From Octopus sinensis (Eukaryota): DNA of 64,000 bases. The notes under the pieces were generated by a model that saw only the letters and a list, made by a program, of their open reading frames with translations, made no database searches and had not been told where the DNA came from. Location: contig NC_043009.1 of NCBI RefSeq assembly GCF_006345805.1, positions 56,978,001 to 57,042,000 on the forward strand. The letters are read 5' to 3'. This document shows positions 52,701-62,475 of this stretch, in pieces. The position numbers were made by a program, and so were the translations under genes. Every line of letters begins with the position of its first letter. The first letter of the stretch is position 1.

Positions 52701-55700
52701 AATGGTAGATGTTGATTAGAAACACACACATCTATAAACAGATAATTACAGACACACACACACACACATACACACGTATATATGCATTTACACACAGACA
52801 CACATATATTAAAATTTAACCCCCTCTACACAGTTTACACATATACTCATACATAGACATTTGTATGCGTGCATACACACACACAAATACACTCATAAAT
52901 AGACATTTACACAGACATGTGATATAGTCATTTAAACACAGACACCTATGTTCCTTTACAAACACACACACAGGTGCACATACACACACACACACACACA
53001 CACACCTGAATATTGTTTATACACACAAACTCTGCTTGTGAAGACCTGTTGAGGCAAGTGAAATCAAAATCGAAATCAAATTCGATGACTCACATCCATG
53101 CTAGTGGAGCGCTAAGAGTACCATACGAGCATGATTGTTGCCAGAGCAACAAGCTGGCCTCTATGCCAGAGGCACATAAAAAACACCATTCAAGTGTGAT
53201 TGTTACCTGCATTGCTTTACTGGCACCTGTGCTGGTGGCACGTGAAAAAACATTCGAGCGAGGTCGTTGCCAGTGCCACTGGACTGGCTCCTGATCAGGT
53301 GGCACGTAAAAAGCACCATTTGAGCATGGCCACTGCCAGTACCGCCTGACTGGCCCTTGTGCCGGTGGCATGTAAAAGCACCCACTACACTCTTGGAGTG
53401 GTTGGCATTAGGAAGGGCATCCAGCTGTAGGAACTCTGCCAAATCAGATTGGAGTCTGGTGCAGCCATCTGTCCAACCCATGCTAGCATGGAAAGCGGAC
53501 ATTAAAGGATGATGATGACAAGTATGTAGACATATATACGGGAACATACCCAAGTATAACGTATGCAGACACACATGAATATTCATTTTCACACATTTAC
53601 ATATAGAGATTAACATACACACATGCATATACATATGCATCTGATGTGATTGTGTATGTGTGCAAGATAGAGAGAGTGGGGGATTCATGGCCTAGTGGTT
53701 AGGGTGTTGCACTCATGATCCTGTAATTGTGGTTTCAATTCTTCGACAGGGTGGTGCATTATGTTCCTGAGCAAAATACTTCATCTCACATTGCTTTACA
53801 ATCACTTTTAACACCTGATGTGTGCTACACCATGCACCTGTCCGGGCAATATCAATCTGATGGAGGAATTGAGCAAATGTAGAGCGTAAACATTTGACCA
53901 TAAACAAATCATTTAAAATAAGGTCATTCAGCAAAAAATTGCAGATCCATCTTCCTTGAGCTACAAGAGACAACCATCATCAGACACACACTCGCATTCA
54001 CATCCACATATATATATACATAGCAAGAGAAAAAGCCTACACAAATACTATTGCATTTACATACAAAGAATTACCAGAGATGAAAAGTAAAATGAATGAA
54101 CCTTGAATATTGCCTGTACAATATAACAAGCAGCCTGTTTGAGAACGGCTACCAGCACTAGCTTAGCCAAACAGTTGATCCTGGGTAGCATAAAATCATA
54201 GATATTTGCCATCACAAATGCACACACAATAAAAAAAAAAGTCACACAGTCACGTGACTACAAAGACATTTACACACCACATGAACAAATCCATCATTGA
54301 AGTTCAAGGTTGGTGAATCTTAAAAAGCCATCACATATAACAACACACCACACACCTCTGCTATGGCTATCATTCTGTACTCAAGTCTACTGTAGCTTAT
54401 TATCATGAGCTTGTGATTGTCATCCAGCACCCATCACTTCTGTGGCTACTATCTTGCACATATTTCTGCTGTGACCACCATTTTGCACTCAGCTCTGTTG
54501 TGGCTATCATCCTGCATCAGCCAACAAAACTCAGTAAAAAGAAAAAAGCTCTCCAGATTACAGCTGATGGAACATGGATGGTCATAAAACTCACCAATGG
54601 CAGCCCACATCACAGGAGACAGTTTGCAGCAACAACACTATAAAATAATCACAACAGACCACAGGATGAGTTGTGCCATCATTGCAGTGTGATATATCAT
54701 GTTGTACAGGGACTCATCCTTTTTTAAATATTTGATGCCAAAGAGCCAATACCCACATGTTAGACAGCTGCTTTTATAGTTATCTTGACTCTTAATACAA
54801 GGAACAAAGTCTGGAAGCTTCTACTGGAACCATCTCAGAGCACAGAAAACAAACTTTTAAAAGCTAAGGGTAAAAACACATTTTGCCACTTCCTTTTTCA
54901 ACAATATATGTATTGCACACATAAACATACACACACTGTGGAAACCACTTATAATATTCACAGATAATGTTATCGAATGATTATTCTTATAAAAATAAGT
55001 GGGCCCCAAATGTGCTCCAGATACTGTTATACGATTATATCTCCTGATTAATGTTATCAGCCAACTATTGTTATTTGACTCTAGCATTCAAACTGACCGT
55101 ATCTTGCCCAAATATTCTACTTGCTTTATGTTCAAACTGACCGGATCCAGCCTCTCACACCTACCCTACAATGTCATTCTAAAAGTAAGCAATCACATCA
55201 TTGAAATCTTGATGTTATGAGATAATGCAGGATTAATTCAAAACAACATGGATAAATAAGAATTACATTTGACAGAAGTCTGGATTAAATGGCTGCACCC
55301 TAAACTGATCTCATTAAATGGCTTCCATCATGTGCATATGTAATGTGTGTATATGTGTGTGGGGGTATGATGAAATCCAAGCTTTCAGAAACCAAGTAGA
55401 TAAATATACATTCAGTCACCACACACACACACAATATAACAAATACTTACATGGAACATATCCAACTTTGGTCATAATCAAAGCCACCACCCATTGCTAT
55501 ACAAGAGCTCTGCACTGTCTTCCGCAACTGATGCACTGAAATTGAAATACAAAGCCATAGATTTCAATAACTGAATATAAAGATAATTAAACATGAAAAG
55601 GATAGAAGCATTGTGTAGTATTTAATAATACTCAAATGAAGTACAACAAACTAAGAGGTTTAGCAAGCTGTGGTTAGTCTAACATAGTCTAACATATTAA

Positions 55701-58700
55701 ACAGGGAACAGGGACACTGGAGTTAGTTTAGAATTTTTATCTCTTTTCACAGGACACAAAATACTGATTGATGAGATTGATGCCTTATAGAAGTAGTCCT
55801 TAAGATTGATCCATTTGAGTTTCACACCTGTGCCAGCATGGAAAATGGACATTAAACAAACTGCTCAAACTTTTGAAAATCCAAGGAATATGGAAGTCAA
55901 ACAGATGGATTTCAAAGACACCCTGTACACACACACATCTATACACGCACACACACATACTCTTTACTCTTTTACTTGCTTCAGTCATTTGACTGTGGCC
56001 ATGCTGGAGCATCGTCTTTAGTCAATCGCGCAAATCAACCCCAGGAATTATTCTTTGTAAGCCTAGTACTTATTCAATCGGTCTCTTATGCCAAAACGCT
56101 AAGTTACGGGGATGTAAACACACCAGCATCGGTTGTCAAGCGATGTTGGGGGGACAAACATATATACACACATACATATACATATATATACACACACACA
56201 TACATACGACGGGCTTCTTTCAGTTTCCGTCTACCAAATCCACTCACAGGGCTTTGGTTGGCCCGAGGCTATAGTAGAAGACACTTGCCCAAGGTGCCAC
56301 GCAGTGGGACTGAACCCGGAACCATGTTTTTCATAAGCAAGCTACTTACCATACAGCCACTCCTACGCCTTCACAAATACTATTGCATTTACAGAATTAC
56401 CAGAGATGGAAAGTAGAATGAATGATAATTGCCCGTACAATATAACAAGCAGCCTGTTTGAAAAGGGCTACCAGCACTAGCATAGCTGAACGGTTGATCC
56501 TGGGTGGCACTTTTGGGTTTGCTGTAGGCAATATGTGTTTTTTGTGGGGTCCAGGGGTGGCAAATCGAAGGGCAACCCCAGGCAGCGCACATATATGTGT
56601 GTGTGTATGTTTGTGTGTCTGTGTTTGTCCCCCCAACATAGCTTGACAACCGATGCTGTGTGTTTATATCCCCGTAACTTAGCGGTTCGGCAAAAGAGAC
56701 CGATAGAATAAGCACTAGGCTTACAAAGAATAAATCTTGGGGGCGATTTGCTCGACTAAAGGTGGTGCTCCAGTATGGCCACAGTCAAATGACTGAAACA
56801 AGTAAAAGAGTATCATCATCATCATTTTAACATCTACTTTTTGGATAGAGTTTATCAAGGCAGATTCTCTGCAGCTGAATATTCTTGTTGCCAAGCCTCA
56901 CCTGCTTCCAAGCAAAGTAACATTTCCTCATGGCCAGACATGTCTTCCCATAATATTGCAACTGAATGACACTGCTTGTATAACAGTGACTCTCATTTAC
57001 AATTATCATGTGATTTCAATACAAGGAGACCCAAATACCTATTTCTTTACTACCCACAAGGGGCCAAACACAGAGAGGACAGACGGATTAAGTCGATTAC
57101 ATCGACCACAGTGTGTAACTGGTACTTAATTTATCACACCAATATCTAATGATAATTTTAATTATGCTTTGGGTTTACTTCACTGGCCATGTTAGCATCT
57201 TTAACAGCAAGAACATAGATAATGTTAACAGATAAAAGTGATGATGATGATGAGAAAATGGATGAACTTACCGCCATCATGTGTGAAGAGGAGAGACTTA
57301 AGAGCAGGAATATCGTTGATGTGAACCATAGCTTTGAGAATTTCTTCGATAATTTTGTCAACATTTGTCACATTCATGTTTAACAGCAAAATGGCTCTGT
57401 TTGCAAATCTTTCAATGTCCTTTGCACCACGGATTTCCTTAGAAAAGTCTTTCATTGGAACTTTCTAGAAATTAAAGAAAAATTCTTACTTCATCCAGCG
57501 AACGTCACATCACATGATTGTCCAACACCATCTTCTGTCGTAATCATCAGATAATCAACATCAACTGCCAGCATTGTGCTAGTGGAGCACTAAGAGTACC
57601 ATACGAGCGTGATCGTTGCCAGAGCAACAAGCTGGCCTCCGTGCCGGTGGCACATAAAAAGCACCATTCAAGCGAGGTCATTGCCAGTGCCGCTGGACTG
57701 GCTTCTGTGCAGGTGGCACATAAAAAGCACCAATTGAGTGTGGCTGTTGCCAGTACCGCCTGACTGGCCCTCATGCCGGTGGCACATAAAAGCACCCACT
57801 ACACTCTCGGAGTGGTTGGCGTTAGGAAGGGCATCCAGCTGTAGAAACTCTGCCAGATCAGACTGGAGTCTGGTGCAGCCATCTGGTTTGCCAGTCCTCA
57901 GTCAAATCGTCCAACCCATGCCAGCATGGAAAGCGGACATTAAACGATGATGATGATCATGTTCGTTACCATTATTGTCCATATCACTAATACACAACAT
58001 CATTATCATCATTCTTCTTGCTTTCATTTGTCCTTACCTATCATCCTCACCATCACTCATCCTTATTTATCATCCTCACCATCACTCATCCTTATCTATC
58101 ATCCTCACCATCACTCATCCTTATCTATCCATCCTCACCATCACTCATCCTTACCTATCATCCTCACCATCACTCATCCTTACCTATCATCCTCACCATC
58201 ACTCATCCTTATCTATCACCCTCACCATCACTCGTCCTTATTTATCATCCTCACCATCACTCGTCCTTACCTATCATCCTCACCATCACTCATCTTTACC
58301 TATCATCCTCACCATCACTCATCCTTATCTATCATCCTCACCATCACTCATCCTTATCTATCATCCTCACCATCACTCGTCCTTATCTATCACCCTCACC
58401 ATCACTCGTCCTTACCTATCATCCTCACCATCACTCGTCCTTATCTATCATCCTCACCATCACTCATCCTTACCTATCATCCTCACCATCACTCGTCCTT
58501 ATCTATCATCCTCACCATCACTCGTCCTTATCTATCATCCTCACCATCACTCATCCTTACCTATCATCCTCACCATCACTCATCCTTACCTATCATCCTC
58601 ACCATCACTCATCCTTACCTATCACCCTCACCATCACTCATCCTTACCTATCACCCTCACCATCACTCATCCTTACTTATCACCCTCACCATCACTCATC

Positions 58701-60063
58701 CTTACCTATCACCCTCACCATCACTCATCCTTATCTATCATCCTCACCATCACTCGTCCTTACCTATTATCCTCACCATCACTCGTCCTTATCTATTATC
58801 CTCACCATCACTCGTCCTTATCTATCATCCTCACCATCACTCGTCCTTATCTATCATCCTCACCATCACTCATCCTTATCTATTATCCTCACCATCACTC
58901 GTCCTTATCTATTATCCTCACCATCACTCGTCCTTATCTATCATCCTCACCATCACTCATCCTTATCTATCATCCTCACCATCACTCGTCCTTATCTATC
59001 ATCCTCACCATCACTTGTCCTTATCTATCATCCTCACCATCACTCGTCTGTGGCCATGATGGAGCAACGCCTTTAGTCAAGCAAATCGACCCCAGGACTT
59101 ATTCTTTGTAACCGTAGCACTTATTCTATCAGTCTCTTTTGCCAAACCACTAAGTTACGGGGACCTAAACACACCAGCATCGGTTGTCAAGCGATGTCAA
59201 GGGGACAAACAGACAAAAACACACACACACACACACATATATATATACGACAGGCTTCTTTCAGTTTCTGTCTACCAAATCCACTCGCAAGGTTTTGGTT
59301 GGCCTGAGACTATAGTAGAAGACACATGCCCAAGGTGCCATGCAGTGGGACTGAACCCGGAACCATGTGGTTCGTAAGCAAGCTACTTACCACACAGCCA
59401 CTCCTACACCTAGTTTTACCACTGCTGTCATCACTGTTACCCATAATCATTATCAGCACTGTCATCATCACTACCCTCCAGCCTTCACCAGGTGTCTCGG
59501 GGAAATTTCGAACCTGGGTTCTCATTCCTACGGTATTTTTTTGATATTATTATTCAAGTCACTGCCAGGAATTGAACTCAGAATCTTGGGGTTAGTAACC
59601 TGCGCTCTTAACCACTACACCATAATTTTTACCACTGCCATCATCACTGTTACCCATAGCCTTTATCAGCACTGTTGTCCATTTTCCCTGTCATCATTAT
59701 CATCATTACTCCTCATCATTTTCACCACAGCTGTCCATCCTTTTTACCCATGGTCATATCACCATAGTTGTCCATCATCATTAATTATAGTCATCATCAC
59801 TATTGCTGTCCATCATTTTGCCATTCCCTATCACCCTTAGCCAACTGCTGTCTATCAACCTCATTGCTATCATCACCATCATCAGGTGCAGGAGTGGCTG
59901 TGTAGTAAGTAGCTTGCTTATGAACCACATAGCTCCGGGTTCAGTTCAACTGTGTGGCACCTTGGGCAAGTGTCTTCTACTATAGCCTCGGGCTGACCAA
60001 AGCCTTGTGAGTGGATTTGGTAGATGGAAACTGAAAGAAGCCCATCGTATATATGTATATATG

Positions 60064-60094
<31 letters not shown>

Positions 60095-62439
60095 ATTGTG
60101 TAATCTGTGTTTGTCCCCACAACATCGCTTGACAACCGATGCTGGTGTGTTTAGGTCCCTGTAACTTAGAGGTTCGGCAAAAGAGACTGATAGAATAAGT
60201 ACCAGGCTTACAAAGAATAAGTTTTTGGGTTGATTTGTTTCGACTAAAGGTGGTGCTCCAGCATGGCCACAGTCAAATAACTGAAACAAGTAAAAGAATA
60301 AAACAATCCTCATTGTCACCAGTGCTATCCACCATCCTCGTCCTGATTGTCCTTTACTACGACCATCATCATCATCATCATCACTGGTAAAAATCTTAAT
60401 GAGTTGAATAGGCCGTTTAGGTTTCAATTCTTGAATCGAACCTGTTCACATACAATGGTGTTTGTCTTTTGGAAGGCCACAACTTCTTACTTTCCTATGT
60501 GCTCAGTCACAACACTCATCACTCATGAATCCTATATTAGAACTTGTGTTTTCTGTCTAGGATGGGAAATCAAACTTCCCAGCAAGTATAATGCTCCTGT
60601 GTTGTGGACCTTGGTCAAGATACTTCACACAACTTGCCCCTTGTTGCATGCACGGCAATGGGCTACATTGAACTCATATTAGTTAACAGAAACTGTGGTA
60701 AGTTAAGGTAATGAGAAAAGGTTGAGTGGAAATAGGGGACAGGGCATATGAAGGATGGTTATTAGTGTCTCATTCCACTATATAAAGTAGGGAAAGAGAG
60801 AAAGAAGGGAGCAAGAGAAAATGAGAGGAGAGAAAGAGAGAGAGAATGAGAATGAAAAAGGAAGAAGAACAGAAAAGCTATTTACCTCATGCCTGGAATA
60901 AATAAGGGACCGCTCAGCAATATCTATAATAATAATAATAATAGTAATAATAATAATCTTTTCTACTAAAGGCATATAGCCCGAAATTTTGGGAGAGGGG
61001 TCTAATTGGGGGTCAATAAATTTATTGACCCCCAACTAGACCCCTCCCCCAAATTAAAGTAAATTTATTGACCCCACCTGCTGAAACGATGAAAGGCAAA
61101 GTCGACCTCGGCAGAATTTGAACTCAGAACATTAATCCAGATGAAATGCTGCTTAGCATTTTGCCCGGCATCAGAAAGATTCTCTCACCTCACCACTTTA
61201 ACAATAATAATTTTTAAGTTAGATAGAAGATTGCAGATTTTGATGGGAAGATACAATTGATAAAGTCTGATGCCCAGTAAATGACTGGTACTTATTTTAT
61301 TGACTCAGAACGTAAAGGCAATGCTGTTAAGCATTTTTCTCAAAATGCTAACAATTCTGCCAGGTTGCTGCCTTAGTAAAATAACAACAATAAGAACAAT
61401 AATGATTTCTAACACAAGCACAAGACGAGAAATTCCATAGGCAGGAATGGATAAACACAAAGTAGACCAGGGTAGGATTTGAACTCAAGATAAAGTTTAA
61501 AGGTATTCAAAATCCAAACTGATTAATTCTTTTCTTACCGTATTTATGCTTTTTGTTTCTATTAAAATTTTGAAATAATGAAGAATTTGGTAAAATAACT
61601 GTCATTATAAAACTGATGTTTGGAACTTTAATTAATATGAAATTTTCGTGGAAAGTTTTAATTTAGGTCACTTTAAGATGGTCTCGGGTGGGTTGGTACC
61701 AAAAAGGTTAAAGAATCTCAAAGTCTCTTACTAAATGGGTTGCAGAAGCAACACAAAATCTATCTCGTATACAGATAATAATAATAATAATAGATAATAA
61801 CAATAATAATAAAAATTAATAATAATAATAATAATAATAAAACATTGTGTTCACATCAATTGCCTACATTCTCAAGGGGTTTCTCTCCATCTAATATATA
61901 CATGCCTTAGGTCTCTGGTTGACACTCGGTCAGAAGATGAAATAAAATGCAAATCAATTGGAAAATGATAATAATAATAATAATAATAATCCTTTCTACT
62001 AAAGGCACAAGGCCTAAAGTTTTGGGGAACGGGACTAGTTGATTACATTGATTGCAGTGTTTCACAAGTACTTAATTTATGGGCCCCGAAAGGATGACAG
62101 GCAAAGTCGATCTCGGTGGAATTTGAACTCAGAATGTTAAGCTGGATGAAATAATGCTGCTAAGCATTTTGCCTGGTCTGCTAACAATTCTGCCAACTTG
62201 CTGCCTTAATAATAATAATAATAATATAATAATAATAATAATGGTTTCAAATTTTTCCACAAGGGCAGCAATTTTGGGGGAGGGGATGAGTCAATTACAT
62301 CGACTCCAGTGTTCAACTGGTACTTATTTTATCGACCCCAAAAGGATGAAAGGAAAAGTCAACCTTGGCGGAATCTGAACTCAGAACATACCACTAGGCA
62401 TTTTGTCCAGCATGCTAACGATGCTGCCAGCTCGCCACC

Positions 62440-62475
<36 letters not shown>

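Noticed and set aside
54595-54637. 43-nt cassette or poison exon on - (ttttatag|...CATTG|gtgagt)
   Set aside because: The splice signals look good, but the flanking exons already join in frame and the peptide is not SLC4-like. Such signals arise by chance and it cannot be supported without RNA data.
57490-57565. Extra exon just upstream of the 57464 acceptor (cag...GAA|gtaaga)
   Set aside because: It would need a 25-nt intron and has an in-frame stop in the required phase.
57947-59111. Three ORFs of 352-378 aa (HPHHHSSL...)
   Set aside because: They are translations of a 29-nt minisatellite that lacks stop codons by composition, antisense within an SLC4A11 intron.
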